DNA from: Oxalobacteraceae bacterium
Lineage (GTDB): Bacteria; Pseudomonadota; Gammaproteobacteria; Burkholderiales; Burkholderiaceae_D
NCBI GenBank assembly: GCA_036675035.1
Contig: JAKFFO010000119.1
Coordinates: 16,002 to 80,001 of the forward strand
Reading direction: 5' to 3'
DNA: 64,000 nt
Shown here: in pieces, positions 18,552 through 29,626 of the stretch
Numbering within the stretch: the stretch's first letter is position 1
How the letters are laid out: every line of letters starts with the position of its first letter
The notes under the pieces: model-generated
The model's database searches: none
What the model was told of the DNA's origin: nothing
Seen by the model: the letters and a program-made list of their open reading frames with translations, nothing else
Translations under genes and position numbers: made by a program

Positions 18552-20102
18552 ATGGCCGCTAATTCATCAAACAAGTTGATCATATTCGACACTACGTTAC
18601 GGGATGGCGAACAATCCCCGGGCGCGTCGATGACCAAGGATGAAAAAATCCGCATCGCAAAACAGCTGGAGCGGCTCAAGGTGGATGTGATCGAAGCCGG
18701 TTTTGCTGCGTCATCCCAAGGGGACTTCGAGTCGATCAAGGCAATCGCCGGCCTGATCAAGGATTCGACGGTTTGTTCGCTGTCACGCGCCAACGATCGC
18801 GATATTTCTCGTGCAGCCGAAGCGCTTGCCCCGGCGGCCAGAAAGCGGATTCATACTTTCATTGCGACGTCGCCTTTGCACATGGAAAAGAAATTGCGCA
18901 TGACTCCGGATCAGGTGTTTGAGCAAGCAAAGTTGGCGGTGCGCTTTGCGCGCCAGTTCACCGACGACGTGGAATTCAGCCCGGAAGACGGCAGCAGGTC
19001 TGACATGGATTTCCTGTGCCGTGTGATCGAAGCGGTGATCGCGGAAGGCGCCAGCACGATTAATTTTGCTGACACGGTTGGATATGGAGTCCCTGGACTG
19101 TATGGCAACATGATCAAGACGCTGCGGGAGCGTGTGCCCAACTCCGATAAGGCAGTCTGGTCGGTGCATTGTCACAACGATCTTGGCATGGCAGTCGCGA
19201 ACTCACTTGCCGGCGTAATGATCGGCGGTGCGCGCCAGGTCGAATGCACGATCAATGGATTGGGTGAACGTGCCGGGAATACCGCATTGGAAGAAATCGT
19301 AATGGCGGTGCGCACCCGCAAAGATCATTTCAATCTTGAAGTGGCGATTGATTCCACCCAGATTGTACCAACCTCGAAACTGGTGTCGCAGATCACCGGA
19401 TTTGCGGTGCAGCCTAACAAGGCCGTGGTCGGTGCCAACGCTTTTGCTCATGCATCTGGAATTCATCAGGACGGTATTTTAAAAGCACGCGATACCTACG
19501 AAATCATGCGCGCGGAGGATGTGGGCTGGGCGGCAAATAAAATCGTTCTGGGTAAATTGTCCGGTAGAAATGCATTCAAGCAGCGCCTGGAAGAGCTCGG
19601 CATAGAGCTTGACTCGGAGACCGAGGTCAACGCGGCGTTTACGCGGTTCAAGGAGCTCGCAGACCGTAAGTCGGAAATTTTTGATGAAGACATCATGGCG
19701 TTGGTTTCGGATGAGCAGCAGTCGCACGATAATGAACACTATCGTTTTGTTTCCTTGTCCCAGCACTCGGAAACCGGAGAGAAACCGTCTGCAAGAGTCG
19801 TCTTTTCAATTGATGGCAAGGAAACGGCTTGCGAAGGTGAAGGCAACGGCCCGGTGGACGCCATTGTCAATGCGATCGAATCGAGGACGGCAAGTGGCGC
19901 GGAGCTGCTGCTGTTTTCGGTTAACGCGATCACTACCGGCACGCAATCGCAAGGCGAAGTAACGATGCGCTTGTCGAAGGCGGGCCGCATCGTCAATGGC
20001 GTAGGCGCCGATCTCGACATCGTCGTCGCGTCTGCGAAGGCATACCTGTCGGCCCTGAACAAGCTGCATTCAAAATCGGAGAAGCTCAATCCACAGCTAT
20101 AG
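18552..20102 (+). CDS. leuA: 2-isopropylmalate synthase
   Basis: 516 aa. [30 protein letters not shown], and a C-terminal LeuA dimerisation/regulatory domain. Confidence 0.95.
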   Translation: MAANSSNKLIIFDTTLRDGEQSPGASMTKDEKIRIAKQLERLKVDVIEAGFAASSQGDFESIKAIAGLIKDSTVCSLSRANDRDISRAAEALAPAARKRIHTFIATSPLHMEKKLRMTPDQVFEQAKLAVRFARQFTDDVEFSPEDGSRSDMDFLCRVIEAVIAEGASTINFADTVGYGVPGLYGNMIKTLRERVPNSDKAVWSVHCHNDLGMAVANSLAGVMIGGARQVECTINGLGERAGNTALEEIVMAVRTRKDHFNLEVAIDSTQIVPTSKLVSQITGFAVQPNKAVVGANAFAHASGIHQDGILKARDTYEIMRAEDVGWAANKIVLGKLSGRNAFKQRLEELGIELDSETEVNAAFTRFKELADRKSEIFDEDIMALVSDEQQSHDNEHYRFVSLSQHSETGEKPSARVVFSIDGKETACEGEGNGPVDAIVNAIESRTASGAELLLFSVNAITTGTQSQGEVTMRLSKAGRIVNGVGADLDIVVASAKAYLSALNKLHSKSEKLNPQL

Positions 20103-20142
20103 GAAGAGCTTTTTGGGTGTCGCACGGGCTGCCTTGAATGCG

Positions 20143-20658
20143 TTATAAACGCATCAACCCACCCGGCCAGCGCGAGTCTGGATCGTATCGACGGTCCGGG
20201 CCGCCTTGCATTCTTTCAACGATTCCGCGCTTGTCGAAATGGACGTGCATGACCGAATTCCACACATTGGCTTCCTTGTAGGGATAAGACCATACTTCCA
20301 ATTCTGAAAGTGAAAGATAAGTCGTATCGCTGGGTGCGCCTATCGCCTTAAGCACATCATCCTTGGTCGCTTGGCCCACTTTGAGGCTGGCAAATTTTTC
20401 AAGCGTGAGAACTTGCTCATAAGATACCAGTCTTCCATCGCGACCGATCCGCGCCATATGGGTTTGCTGGCCCCACGGTCCGGTCATGTATTCGAGCAAG
20501 TGTTCTTCGCCATCCTGATACCTGTGGGTTGGAGCTCCCAATTTTGATATGACCGCAGATTCCGTTTCGCCAGGCATGACCGATTGACCGCCCAGACTTG
20601 CGCAGGCGCCCATGAACAAGACGATTGCTGCCAATGAAATATAGCGAAGGAGTTTCAT
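20143..20658 (-). CDS. lipoprotein with BamE/SmpA_OmlA-like repeats
   Basis: Start chosen at the internal ATG (MKLLRYISLAAIVLFMGAC), which gives the lipobox FMGAC. Segments such as LKVGQATKDDVLKAIGAP resemble the BamE fold signature. Confidence 0.6.
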   Translation of the reverse strand: MKLLRYISLAAIVLFMGACASLGGQSVMPGETESAVISKLGAPTHRYQDGEEHLLEYMTGPWGQQTHMARIGRDGRLVSYEQVLTLEKFASLKVGQATKDDVLKAIGAPSDTTYLSLSELEVWSYPYKEANVWNSVMHVHFDKRGIVERMQGGPDRRYDPDSRWPGGLMRL

Positions 20659-20697
20659 AGGATCATCCGAAAGAATATTAAAAATCAAGCTAAGTGT

Positions 20698-20726
20698 TTG
20701 AATCGTCATGGGAAGTCCGCTATACT
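20698..20726 (+). promoter_or_regulatory. candidate sigma70 promoter upstream of rpsO
   Basis: ttgaat (20698-20703), 17-nt spacer, tatact (20721-20726), about 90 nt upstream of the rpsO ATG. Confidence 0.4.
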
Positions 20727-20816
20727 GCCGGTCTGGTCGATTTGACCGGTTTTTTTAATCGTTTGTTCACGGTGGATGGGGTTACGACTCTGTGCACCGC
20801 ATGTGAAAGGTAAGTC

Positions 20817-21086
20817 ATGTCAGTAGAGAAGAGCAGTAAAGCCGCGATTATCGCGGATAACGCACGTGGTCAAAACGATACCGGATCTCCGGAAGTACAA
20901 GTTGCATTGCTGACCGCCCGTATCAATGAACTGAATGGCCATTTCAAGGCTCACGCTAAGGATCACCACTCCCGCCGCGGCTTGATCATGATGGTCAATC
21001 GTCGTAAAAGCCTGCTTTCGTATCTTAAGGGCAAAGACGCAACTCGTTACCGCGCCCTGATTGAAAAACTCGGTCTGCGTAAATAA
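20817..21086 (+). CDS. rpsO: 30S ribosomal protein S15
   Basis: 89 aa. [34 protein letters not shown]. Confidence 0.97.
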   Translation: MSVEKSSKAAIIADNARGQNDTGSPEVQVALLTARINELNGHFKAHAKDHHSRRGLIMMVNRRKSLLSYLKGKDATRYRALIEKLGLRK

Positions 21087-21121
21087 TCTCGTTGCGATAT
21101 CCTGTCTGGGTTTTATAGCGG

Positions 21122-21163
21122 AATGCCTGCGTCAGCGTGCTGATGCGGGCATTTTGTCTTTTT
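21122..21163 (+). terminator. rho-independent terminator/attenuator between rpsO and pnp
   Basis: 14-bp stem aatgcctgcgtcag / ctgatgcgggcatt (2 G-U pairs), loop cgtg, then ttttgtcttttt. Confidence 0.6.
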
Positions 21164-21295
21164 GTGGTTTGCAATTTGAACGCATGACTTGTCATTGTCA
21201 TGCAATAAGGCTGTACATCATTCACTTGGTGCCGCCTGTGGTGAGGTGAACGACAGCGCCTGAAAATCTGTCGGCAAAAATAGAAAGGAAACACC

Positions 21296-23431
21296 ATGTT
21301 TAATAAAGTTACCAAGACCTTCCAGTACGGCCAGCACCAAGTTACCCTTGAAACCGGTGAAATCGCCCGTCAGGCGTCTGGCGCCGTACTGGTGTCGATC
21401 GAAGATACCGTTGTGCTCGCGACCGTCGTGGCACGCAAGGATGCCAAACCGGGCCAGGATTTTTTCCCGCTGACCGTCGATTATGTTGAAAAGACCTATG
21501 CTGCCGGCCGTATTCCGGGCGGCTTTTTCAAGCGCGAAGGCCGTCCGTCCGAAAAAGAAACGCTGACTTCGCGCCTGATCGATCGACCGATCCGCCCGTT
21601 GTTTCCGGAGGGTTACCTGAATGAAGTTCAGGTCATCATTCACGTACTGTCGGTGAATCCTGAAATCGATCCGGACATTGCTGCGATGATCGGCGCATCC
21701 GCCGCTCTGAGCGTTGCAGGCATTCCGTTCAACGGTCCGGTCGGCGCTGCACGTGTCGGTTATATCGACGGACAGTACGTTCTCAACCCGACCGTGTCGC
21801 AATTGGCCACATCGAGCCTGGACCTGGTGGTTGCCGGCACCGAGATCGCCGTGCTGATGGTCGAATCCGAAGCCAAGCAATTGTCTGAAGAAATCATGCT
21901 TGGCGCAGTGGTATTCGGGCACGAGCAAATGAAAGCCGTGATCAACGCGATTCACGATCTGGTTCGTGACGGCGGCAAGCCTGAAGTCGAATGGAATCCG
22001 GCGCCGAAGAACGACGCGCTGATTGCACGGGTTACCCATTTTGCAGAAGCGAAATTGCGCGAAGCCTATCAGACCAAAGACAAGCAGGCACGTACCGCCA
22101 AGCTCAAGGATGCGGTTGCGGAAGTCAATGCCGCGCTTGCTGCGGAAGCGGCTTCGAACGGTGGCGCAACGCCGGATTCTTCAGAGGTGGGCAATATCCT
22201 GTTCGACCTGGAAGCCAGAATCGTTCGTTCACAGATCCTCGACGGTGAGCCGCGTATTGATGGTCGCGATACGCGCACCGTGCGTCCGATCTCGATTCGT
22301 ACCGGTGTTCTTCCTCGCACGCATGGTTCCGCACTGTTCACCCGGGGTGAAACCCAGGCGCTGGTAGTGGCTACTTTGGGCACCGCTCGCGACGAGCAGA
22401 AAATCGATGCATTGATGGGCGAGTACAGCGATCGCTTCATGCTTCACTACAACATGCCTCCATTCGCTACCGGCGAGACAGGGCGCGTCGGTACGCCGAA
22501 GCGTCGTGAAATCGGTCATGGACGCCTGGCCAAGCGGGCGCTGGTTGCGGCTTTGCCGGCACCGGAAGATTTCAGCTACTCGGTCCGCCTGGTATCCGAG
22601 ATTACCGAATCCAATGGCTCGTCGTCGATGGCGTCCGTTTGCGGCGGTTGCCTGGCGTTGATGGATGCAGGCGTGCCGATGCAGGCACACGTCGCCGGTA
22701 TCGCAATGGGCCTGATCAAGGATGGCAGCAAGTTCGCGGTATTGAGCGACATTCTTGGTGACGAAGATCATTTGGGCGACATGGATTTCAAGGTGGCCGG
22801 CACTGCAAACGGCATCACTGCGCTGCAGATGGATATCAAGATCCAGGGCATTACCAAGGAAATCATGCAAGTCGCGTTGGCGCAAGCCAAAGAGGGGCGC
22901 ATGCACATTCTTGGAAAAATGCAGGAAGCGGTTCCGCATGGCCGGACCGAGCTTTCCAATTTCGCTCCGCGCTTGCTAACGATCAAGATCAATCCGGAAA
23001 AAATTCGTGACGTGATCGGAAAGGGTGGCGCAGTGATTCGTGCCCTCACCGAAGAAACCGGCACTCAGATCGATATCAGTGACGAAGGTGTGGTCACAAT
23101 CGCGTCGGTGGACGCCGCCGCGGGTCAGGAAGCAAAACGCCGCATTGAAGAGTTGACCGCATCGGTTGAAGTTGGAAAAGTTTATGATGGCGTGGTGCTC
23201 AAGCTGCTCGACTTCGGAGCGATTGTTCAAGTGATACCGGGCAAGGACGGATTGCTGCATATCAGCCAGATTGCCAACGAGCGCGTCAATGCAGTTGCCG
23301 ATTATCTGAAGGAAGGGCAGCAAGTACGTGTCAAGGTCCTGGAAACCGACGATCGTGGCCGTCTCAAGCTTTCAATGAAAGCGGCGGTTGCTGATTCGGG
23401 TGCCGAGTCAGTGCAGGAAGTACAGCAATAA
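21296..23431 (+). CDS. pnp: polyribonucleotide nucleotidyltransferase (PNPase)
   Basis: 711 aa. Two RNase PH domains ([16 protein letters not shown]), KH ([15 protein letters not shown]) and S1 ([18 protein letters not shown]). Confidence 0.97.
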   Translation: MFNKVTKTFQYGQHQVTLETGEIARQASGAVLVSIEDTVVLATVVARKDAKPGQDFFPLTVDYVEKTYAAGRIPGGFFKREGRPSEKETLTSRLIDRPIRPLFPEGYLNEVQVIIHVLSVNPEIDPDIAAMIGASAALSVAGIPFNGPVGAARVGYIDGQYVLNPTVSQLATSSLDLVVAGTEIAVLMVESEAKQLSEEIMLGAVVFGHEQMKAVINAIHDLVRDGGKPEVEWNPAPKNDALIARVTHFAEAKLREAYQTKDKQARTAKLKDAVAEVNAALAAEAASNGGATPDSSEVGNILFDLEARIVRSQILDGEPRIDGRDTRTVRPISIRTGVLPRTHGSALFTRGETQALVVATLGTARDEQKIDALMGEYSDRFMLHYNMPPFATGETGRVGTPKRREIGHGRLAKRALVAALPAPEDFSYSVRLVSEITESNGSSSMASVCGGCLALMDAGVPMQAHVAGIAMGLIKDGSKFAVLSDILGDEDHLGDMDFKVAGTANGITALQMDIKIQGITKEIMQVALAQAKEGRMHILGKMQEAVPHGRTELSNFAPRLLTIKINPEKIRDVIGKGGAVIRALTEETGTQIDISDEGVVTIASVDAAAGQEAKRRIEELTASVEVGKVYDGVVLKLLDFGAIVQVIPGKDGLLHISQIANERVNAVADYLKEGQQVRVKVLETDDRGRLKLSMKAAVADSGAESVQEVQQ

Positions 23432-23468
23432 AATTGAGCCGGATCGTTTCGCGCTCGCGATAAAGAAG

Positions 23469-23502
23469 AGCCGCCTGAGGTATTTGCCCAGGCGGCTTTT
23501 TC
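23469..23502 (+). terminator. rho-independent terminator after pnp
   Basis: Stem agccgcctg (23469-23477) / caggcggct (23489-23497), followed by tttt. Confidence 0.65.
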
Positions 23503-23642
23503 ATGCGGCGGCGGGACGAACCTTCGGTTGCCGATCATTGAAGGCAGGAGTTCAAGGTGCAACTGGTGAAAGTTCCTGATCCGGCGACGAAACTTTTTCG
23601 CCGGCTCCCATACAATGATTCACTTTTCAAGAGAGGCTCATC

Positions 23643-24623
23643 ATGCGTGCAATTGAAATTACACAGCCCGGCGCTCCAGATGTATTGAAAGTCTGTGAGC
23701 GCCCGATGCCGGTACCCAAGGCCGGAGAGATATTAATCAAGGTTCATGCTGCTGGAATCAACCGTCCCGACTTGCTGCAGCGGACTGGCAATTATCCGGT
23801 ACCGCCTGGTGCATCCGATCTGCCCGGACTGGAGATAGCGGGCGAAGTCGTTGATGGCGAGTGTACGGGGCGTTCTTTTAAAAAGGGTGATCTGGTTTGC
23901 GCATTGGTTCAGGGCGGCGGATATGCCGAATACTGCACGGCCCCGGTTGAACAGGTTTTACCGGTTCCGAAAGGATTGAGTGCAATCGAGGCAGCCTCGC
24001 TGCCGGAGACATTTTTCACGGTGTGGAGCAATGTATTTGATCGGGCCAGATTATCCGGCTCCGAGACCTTGCTGGTACAGGGCGGGACGTCAGGTATTGG
24101 CGTGACGGCGATCCAGTTGGCCGTGGCGCTCGGGCATCGGGTATTCGCAACAGCCGGATCGGACGAAAAGTGCCGGGCTTGCGAGGAGCTGGGCGCAGAA
24201 CGCGGAATCAACTATCGTTCCGAAGATTTTGTCGAAGTCGTAAAATCGGCAACCGGCGGTAAAGGCGTCGATGTCATCCTCGACATGGTCGGTGGCGATT
24301 ACTTGCAACGCGAAATTAATTGCCTGGCGGACGACGGGCGCCTGGTGCTTATCGCGCTGCTGGGCGGGGCCAAGGCGACGGTCGATCTGGCTCAGATACT
24401 GCGGCGTCGTTTGACGGTAACCGGATCGACATTGCGCCCGCGCCCCGTGGCGTTCAAGGCGGCGATTGCAGCGAATTTGCAGAAGCAGGTATGGCCTTTG
24501 CTGGAATCCGGAAAAATCAAACCGGTTATTTACAAAGTTTTTCCGATCGAGCAAGCGGCAGCGGCGCATGCATTGATGGAAACAAGTATGCATACCGGCA
24601 AGATCATGCTGAGAGTGGACTGA
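23643..24623 (+). CDS. NAD(P)H:quinone oxidoreductase (medium-chain dehydrogenase, PIG3/Qor-like)
   Basis: 326 aa. PGASDLPGLEIAGEVV and the nucleotide-binding LVQGGTSGIGVTAIQLA. Confidence 0.85.
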   Translation: MRAIEITQPGAPDVLKVCERPMPVPKAGEILIKVHAAGINRPDLLQRTGNYPVPPGASDLPGLEIAGEVVDGECTGRSFKKGDLVCALVQGGGYAEYCTAPVEQVLPVPKGLSAIEAASLPETFFTVWSNVFDRARLSGSETLLVQGGTSGIGVTAIQLAVALGHRVFATAGSDEKCRACEELGAERGINYRSEDFVEVVKSATGGKGVDVILDMVGGDYLQREINCLADDGRLVLIALLGGAKATVDLAQILRRRLTVTGSTLRPRPVAFKAAIAANLQKQVWPLLESGKIKPVIYKVFPIEQAAAAHALMETSMHTGKIMLRVD

Positions 24624-24804
24624 GCGCTCCCATTCCTGGCTGAGAAACTGACCAGTTGCATGCGGAGAGAATGCAGTAGCAGCGGGATGAGGGGCCTCCA
24701 AAGTGGAAATGTTTTCGTCAGGCGCCAGTACAATGCAACTGGCGGTTTGACCATGCTGGCTGGGGCGCGCTAAAATACCGGGTTGTTGAAAATTCTGGAT
24801 TCTT

Positions 24805-25551
24805 ATGCGTCGTAAGCTAATCGCCGGTAATTGGAAAATGAATGCGAGCGTCGCGGTCAGCGCCGCTCTGCTCACCGGTATCAAATCCGGATTGAAACTG
24901 CCTGCATGTGATGTGGTGGTATGCGTGCCCGCACCTTATTTTGCACAGTGCCGGTCTGAATTGGCCGGTAGTCCCATTGCATGGGGCGGACAGGATATGT
25001 CCGAACACGAAGCTGGAGCGTATACCGGTGAAGTATCGGCTGCGATGCTTCTGGATTTCGAATGCCGGTACGTGATTCTCGGCCATTCCGAGCGCCGCTC
25101 CTACCATGCCGAAAATAATGAGCTGGTTGCAAAAAAAACGTTGCGCGCTCTGAAGTCCGGTTTGACTCCAATCGTATGCGTGGGCGAGACTTTAGGCGAG
25201 CGAGAAGCAGGGCATACCGACAAGATCGTGGGACAGCAAATTGATACTGTGCTTGCGGCCATCGATTCGAATGATGTGGCAAATCTCGTGATCGCCTATG
25301 AACCGGTGTGGGCGATCGGCACGGGGAAGACTGCGACGCCGCAAATGGCGCAAGATGTGCACGCAATGCTGCGCGCAAAAATCGCGAAGAAAAACGCTGC
25401 AGCGGCGTCACAGGTCAGGATACTGTACGGCGGAAGCATGAAGCCCGAGAACGCAAAAGAACTGCTGTCGATGCCCGATATTGATGGGGGCCTGATTGGC
25501 GGTGCTGCATTGAAGGCATCAGATTTTCTTGCGATCATCCAAGCCGCGTGA
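24805..25551 (+). CDS. tpiA: triose-phosphate isomerase
   Basis: 248 aa. [29 protein letters not shown]. Confidence 0.95.
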   Translation: MRRKLIAGNWKMNASVAVSAALLTGIKSGLKLPACDVVVCVPAPYFAQCRSELAGSPIAWGGQDMSEHEAGAYTGEVSAAMLLDFECRYVILGHSERRSYHAENNELVAKKTLRALKSGLTPIVCVGETLGEREAGHTDKIVGQQIDTVLAAIDSNDVANLVIAYEPVWAIGTGKTATPQMAQDVHAMLRAKIAKKNAAAASQVRILYGGSMKPENAKELLSMPDIDGGLIGGAALKASDFLAIIQAA

Positions 25552-25610
25552 GTAGCAATTATCGAAGTATTGAGCATTCCATTGTGGATGACAGCCAGAA
25601 CGCTCAATCC

Positions 25611-25677
25611 CGCACCCCCGACCCTTTCCCCAAGGGAGAGGGTGAGAACAGCCGTAATTCGCCACAGCGAATTACGG
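25611..25677. repeat. REP-like extragenic palindromes in the tpiA-secG spacer
   Basis: 10-bp hairpin accctttccc-caa-gggagagggt (25621-25643), followed by a perfect 11-bp hairpin ccgtaattcgc-caca-gcgaattacgg (25652-25677). Shares the box cacccccgRccc ... gagaggg..gtga with the element at 30931-30997. Confidence 0.5.
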
Positions 25678-25709
25678 GAGATCAATAACCCAACACTGGA
25701 ATTTATTAA

Positions 25710-26114
25710 ATGAACACTATGCTCACTCTCATCATTGTCGTACAGGTGCTGTCGGCCTTGACGATTATCGCTCTGGTGCTGCTGCAGCACGGCAAAGGTG
25801 CCGACATGGGAGCTGCTTTCGGTTCCGGTGCATCCGGCAGTCTTTTCGGTGCAAGCGGATCGTCCAATTTCCTGTCCAAGTCGACAGGGGTTGCGGCTGC
25901 GATATTTTTCGCGGCTACACTGGCGCTGGCATTCTTTGGCAACCGTCCGACATCCGATGCGGGCGTGATGGACAGGTTGCCTGCCACTACAGTTCCGGCG
26001 CCTGCTGGCGAAGCAGCTCCTGCAACATCAGCTGATCCTGCACCGACGACTGCACCGACAACCCCTGCTCCTGCCCCAGCTCCGGCGGGCCAGTCAAATC
26101 AGATTCCCAAGTAA
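25710..26114 (+). CDS. secG: preprotein translocase subunit SecG
   Basis: 134 aa. LLQHGKGADMGAAFGSGASGSLFGASGSSNFL core, plus a Pro/Ala/Thr-rich C-terminal tail. Confidence 0.9.
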   Translation: MNTMLTLIIVVQVLSALTIIALVLLQHGKGADMGAAFGSGASGSLFGASGSSNFLSKSTGVAAAIFFAATLALAFFGNRPTSDAGVMDRLPATTVPAPAGEAAPATSADPAPTTAPTTPAPAPAPAGQSNQIPK

Positions 26115-26151
26115 ATCGATAGTCGACTGCCGTTTGATCGCCAATTGTGCA

Positions 26152-26181
26152 TTGAACAAAGGTACTAAAGCAGGTTAAAAT
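26152..26181 (+). promoter_or_regulatory. candidate promoter for tRNA-Leu
   Basis: ttgaac (26152-26157), 18-nt spacer, taaaat (26176-26181), about 12 nt before the mature tRNA 5' end. Confidence 0.4.
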
Positions 26182-26192
26182 ATTGAGCTAAT

Positions 26193-26277
26193 GCCGACGT
26201 GGTGAAATTGGTAGACACGCTATCTTGAGGGGGTAGTGGCGAAAGCTGTGCGAGTTCGAGTCTCGCCGTCGGCACCA
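26193..26277 (+). tRNA. tRNA-Leu (anticodon GAG)
   Basis: 85 nt. Acceptor gccgacg/cgtcggc, long variable arm, T-loop ttcgagt, anticodon loop ttGAGgg, encoded CCA end. Confidence 0.95.
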
Positions 26278-26287
26278 AATAATAAGA

Positions 26288-26323
26288 AAGCCAGCGAAGG
26301 AGAACACCTAAGCTGGCTTTTTA
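26288..26323 (+). terminator. terminator after tRNA-Leu
   Basis: Stem aagccagc (26288-26295) / gctggctt (26312-26319), followed by tttat. Confidence 0.55.
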
Positions 26324-26388
26324 TCGAGAAGTTGCTAAATGATGAAGAAAATTATTTGGCTGGTTGTTAAAACATACTGTGCCCAATC

Positions 26389-26748
26389 GTGAACCTCGAA
26401 AATTATCTTCCTGTCCTTCTTTTTATTCTCGTAGGCATAGGCGTCGGAGTTGCGCCGCAAGTGCTGGGCCGTTTGCTGGGGCCGCATAAGCCGAATGCAG
26501 AGAAAATTTCTCCTTACGAATGCGGCTTTGAAGCGTTCGAGGATGCGCGCATGAAGTTCGACGTGCGATATTACCTTGTGGCCATTCTATTCATCCTGTT
26601 TGATCTGGAGGTCGCCTTCCTGGTGCCATGGGCAGTGGCAATGCGCGATATCGGGGTAATCGGTTTCTGGGCAATGATGATTTTTCTTGCGATTCTCGTT
26701 GCTGGTCTCATATTCGAATGGAAGAAGGGTGCCCTTGATTGGGAGTGA
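26389..26748 (+). CDS. nuoA: NADH-quinone oxidoreductase subunit A
   Basis: 119 aa with a GTG start, 3 TM helices and a PYECGF motif. Confidence 0.93.
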   Translation: MNLENYLPVLLFILVGIGVGVAPQVLGRLLGPHKPNAEKISPYECGFEAFEDARMKFDVRYYLVAILFILFDLEVAFLVPWAVAMRDIGVIGFWAMMIFLAILVAGLIFEWKKGALDWE

Positions 26749-26751
26749 TTT

Positions 26752-27228
26752 ATGGCAATTGAAGGCGTATTGAACGAAGGTTTCGTCACTACCACGGCGG
26801 ACAAGCTGATTAACTGGACGCGCACCGGTTCAATGTGGCCTATGACGTTTGGATTGGCTTGCTGTGCCGTGGAAATGATGCACGCCGGCGCGTCGCGTTA
26901 CGATCTCGACCGTTTTGGCGTCATGTTTCGCCCGTCGCCGCGCCAATCCGATGTAATGATCGTGGCCGGCACCTTGTGCAACAAGATGGCACCGGCGCTT
27001 CGCAAGGTGTACGACCAGATGGCCGAGCCGCGCTGGGTGATCTCGATGGGTTCTTGCGCCAATGGTGGCGGTTACTACCATTACTCTTACTCAGTGGTTC
27101 GCGGGTGCGATCGCATCGTACCGGTCGATGTTTATGTGCCGGGATGTCCGCCGACTGCTGAAGCGCTGCTTTACGGGATCATGCAGTTGCAGAACAAGAT
27201 CAAGCGCACCAACACAATTGCACGTTAA
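26752..27228 (+). CDS. nuoB: NADH-quinone oxidoreductase subunit B
   Basis: 158 aa. Cluster N2 cysteines: [25 protein letters not shown]. Confidence 0.96.
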   Translation: MAIEGVLNEGFVTTTADKLINWTRTGSMWPMTFGLACCAVEMMHAGASRYDLDRFGVMFRPSPRQSDVMIVAGTLCNKMAPALRKVYDQMAEPRWVISMGSCANGGGYYHYSYSVVRGCDRIVPVDVYVPGCPPTAEALLYGIMQLQNKIKRTNTIAR

Positions 27229-27245
27229 GAGAGCTACCCGATAAG

Positions 27246-27848
27246 ATGACCAGGAAACTTGAGGCCCTTGAGGCTGCCCTGCAAAATTCGCTTGGGGATC
27301 ATCTTCAAAGCTTGAGCACTGCTTTGGACGAGATTACTGTCGTGATCAAGGCCGAGAATTATTTGCCGGCCATGCGCGTGCTTCGGGATCATGCCGACCT
27401 GCGCTTCGAAGAACTGATCGATTTGTGCGGCGTTGATTATTCGCTCTACGGCGATGGCATATGGGATGGTCCGAAGTTTGCCGTCGTCGCGCATCTCCTG
27501 TCGATGACGCATAACCGGCGTTTGCGCGTCCGGGTATTCGCACCGGATGATGAGCTTCCGATGGTGTCGTCCGTGACCGAAATCTGGTCATGCGCGGACT
27601 GGTACGAGCGGGAAGCGTTCGATTTGTTCGGCATCCTGTTCGATGGTCACGATGATCTGCGCCGGATCCTTACCGATTACGGCTTCATAGGCCATCCGTT
27701 CCGCAAGGATTTCCCTGTAACCGGCTATGTCGAGATGCGTTACGATTCCGAACAAAGGCGCGTGATTTATCAGCCGGTCACGATCGAACCTCGCGAAAAT
27801 GTGGCACGCGTGATTCGCGAAGAAAAATACGGGATGGACAATGGCTGA
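27246..27848 (+). CDS. nuoC: NADH-quinone oxidoreductase subunit C
   Basis: 200 aa. [24 protein letters not shown], the 30-kDa subunit signature. Confidence 0.95.
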   Translation: MTRKLEALEAALQNSLGDHLQSLSTALDEITVVIKAENYLPAMRVLRDHADLRFEELIDLCGVDYSLYGDGIWDGPKFAVVAHLLSMTHNRRLRVRVFAPDDELPMVSSVTEIWSCADWYEREAFDLFGILFDGHDDLRRILTDYGFIGHPFRKDFPVTGYVEMRYDSEQRRVIYQPVTIEPRENVARVIREEKYGMDNG

Positions 27849-29094
27849 GATCAAGAATTACACGCTGAATTTCGGTCCGCAGCATCCGGCGGCCCATGGT
27901 GTCTTGCGCCTGGTGCTGGAACTGGACGGTGAGGTCATTCAGCGTGCCGACCCGCACATCGGCCTGCTGCATCGCGCGACGGAAAAACTGGCCGAGCAAA
28001 AAACCTACCTGCAATCGGTACCGTACATGGATCGCCTCGACTACGTGTCGATGATGTGCAATGAGCACGCGTACGTGATGGCGATCGAAAAGATGCTGGG
28101 TCTCGAAGTGCCGTTGCGCGCGCAGTACATTCGCGTGATGTTCGACGAGATTACCCGATTGCTGAACCATTTGTTGTGGCTGGGCGCGCATGCGCTCGAC
28201 GTCGGCGCGATGGGCGTTCTTCTGTATACGTTCCGCGAGCGCGAAGACCTGATGGACTGTTACGAAGCAGTCTCCGGCGCCCGCATGCATGCCGCTTACT
28301 ATCGTCCGGGCGGTGTATACCGTGATTTGCCGGACGCGATGCCGCAGCACAAAGCTTCGCTGGTACGTAATGCCAAAGCGATCAAGCGCCTTAACGAAAA
28401 CCGCCAGGGTTCGCTGCTTGATTTCATTGAAGATTTTACTAACCGGTTTCCCGGCCACGTCGATGAATACGAAACGCTGCTGACCGATAACCGCATCTGG
28501 AAGCAGCGCCTGGTCGGTATTGGCGTGGTTTCTCCGGAGCGGGCCAAGGCGATGGGCTTCACTGGGCCGATGTTGCGTGGCTCTGGTATCGAATGGGATT
28601 TGCGCAAGAAGCAGCCTTACGAGGTCTACGATCTCGTCGATTTTGATATTCCGGTCGGCGTGAATGGCGATTGCTACGACCGCTATCTGGTGCGGATCGA
28701 GGAAATGCGTCAGTCGAACCGCATCATCAAGCAATGCATTGACTGGTTGCGCAACAATCCAGGGCCGGTGATTACCGACAACCATAAGGTTGCGCCGCCG
28801 TCGCGCGTCGAGATGAAATCGAACATGGAAGAGCTGATTCACCACTTCAAGCTCTTTACCGAAGGTTTTCATGTGCCGGCAGGAGAGGCGTACGCGGCGG
28901 TCGAACATCCCAAAGGCGAATTCGGCATCTACATAATTTCCGATGGCGCGAATAAACCTTACCGCTTGAAGATTCGTGCGCCGGGCTTTCCGCATCTGCA
29001 GGGGTTGAACGAGATGGCGAAGGGCCACATGATTGCGGATGCGGTGACGATCATCGGCACGCAGGATATCGTGTTCGGCGAAATTGATAGATAA
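27841..29094 (+). CDS. nuoD: NADH-quinone oxidoreductase subunit D
   Basis: 417 aa. [15 protein letters not shown]. Overlaps the nuoC end by 8 nt. Confidence 0.96.
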   Translation: MAEIKNYTLNFGPQHPAAHGVLRLVLELDGEVIQRADPHIGLLHRATEKLAEQKTYLQSVPYMDRLDYVSMMCNEHAYVMAIEKMLGLEVPLRAQYIRVMFDEITRLLNHLLWLGAHALDVGAMGVLLYTFREREDLMDCYEAVSGARMHAAYYRPGGVYRDLPDAMPQHKASLVRNAKAIKRLNENRQGSLLDFIEDFTNRFPGHVDEYETLLTDNRIWKQRLVGIGVVSPERAKAMGFTGPMLRGSGIEWDLRKKQPYEVYDLVDFDIPVGVNGDCYDRYLVRIEEMRQSNRIIKQCIDWLRNNPGPVITDNHKVAPPSRVEMKSNMEELIHHFKLFTEGFHVPAGEAYAAVEHPKGEFGIYIISDGANKPYRLKIRAPGFPHLQGLNEMAKGHMIADAVTIIGTQDIVFGEIDR

Positions 29095-29134
29095 GTTGAC
29101 CGCTGATTGCGGATCGATATTTGAGGCATAAACA

Positions 29135-29626
29135 ATGCTGTTATCAGAGCAAGCGTATAAAAGAATCGATCGCGAGATCGCCAAGTTTCCGCCAGACCAG
29201 AAGCAGTCGGCGGTGATGGCTGCGCTCGCGATTGCCCAGGACGAAAAAGGCTGGCTCGCGCCAGAGGTGATGCAAGACATTGCCGGTTATCTGGGCATGC
29301 CTGCAATCGCAGTGCAGGAGGTCGCGACCTTTTATGCAATGTATAACCTGAAGCCGGTTGGCAAAAACAAAATTACAATTTGTACCAATTTGCCATGCGC
29401 ACTGTCAGGCGGAGAGAAAGCGGCGCACCACTTGAAGCAAAGGCTGGGCATCGATTACAAGGAGACTACGCCAGACGGACAGTTCACCTTGCTAGAAGGC
29501 GAGTGCATGGGTGCTTGTGGAGATGCACCGGTCCTGCTGGTAAACAACAAGCGCATGTGCAGCTGGATGTCGAACGACAAGATCGATGCGCTGGTAGAAG
29601 AACTTAGCGAGGCGCCCCCGAAATGA
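29135..29626 (+). CDS. nuoE: NADH-quinone oxidoreductase subunit E
   Basis: 163 aa. [2Fe-2S] cysteines in [11 protein letters not shown] and CMGACGDAP. Confidence 0.95.
   Translation: MLLSEQAYKRIDREIAKFPPDQKQSAVMAALAIAQDEKGWLAPEVMQDIAGYLGMPAIAVQEVATFYAMYNLKPVGKNKITICTNLPCALSGGEKAAHHLKQRLGIDYKETTPDGQFTLLEGECMGACGDAPVLLVNNKRMCSWMSNDKIDALVEELSEAPPK

Noticed and set aside
27778-29280. 500-aa ORF on the minus strand spanning the whole of nuoD
   Set aside because: It is exactly antisense to a gene with unmistakable NuoD signatures. The translation is Arg/His/Val-rich with no motif. This is the typical stop-depleted shadow frame of a biased-codon gene.
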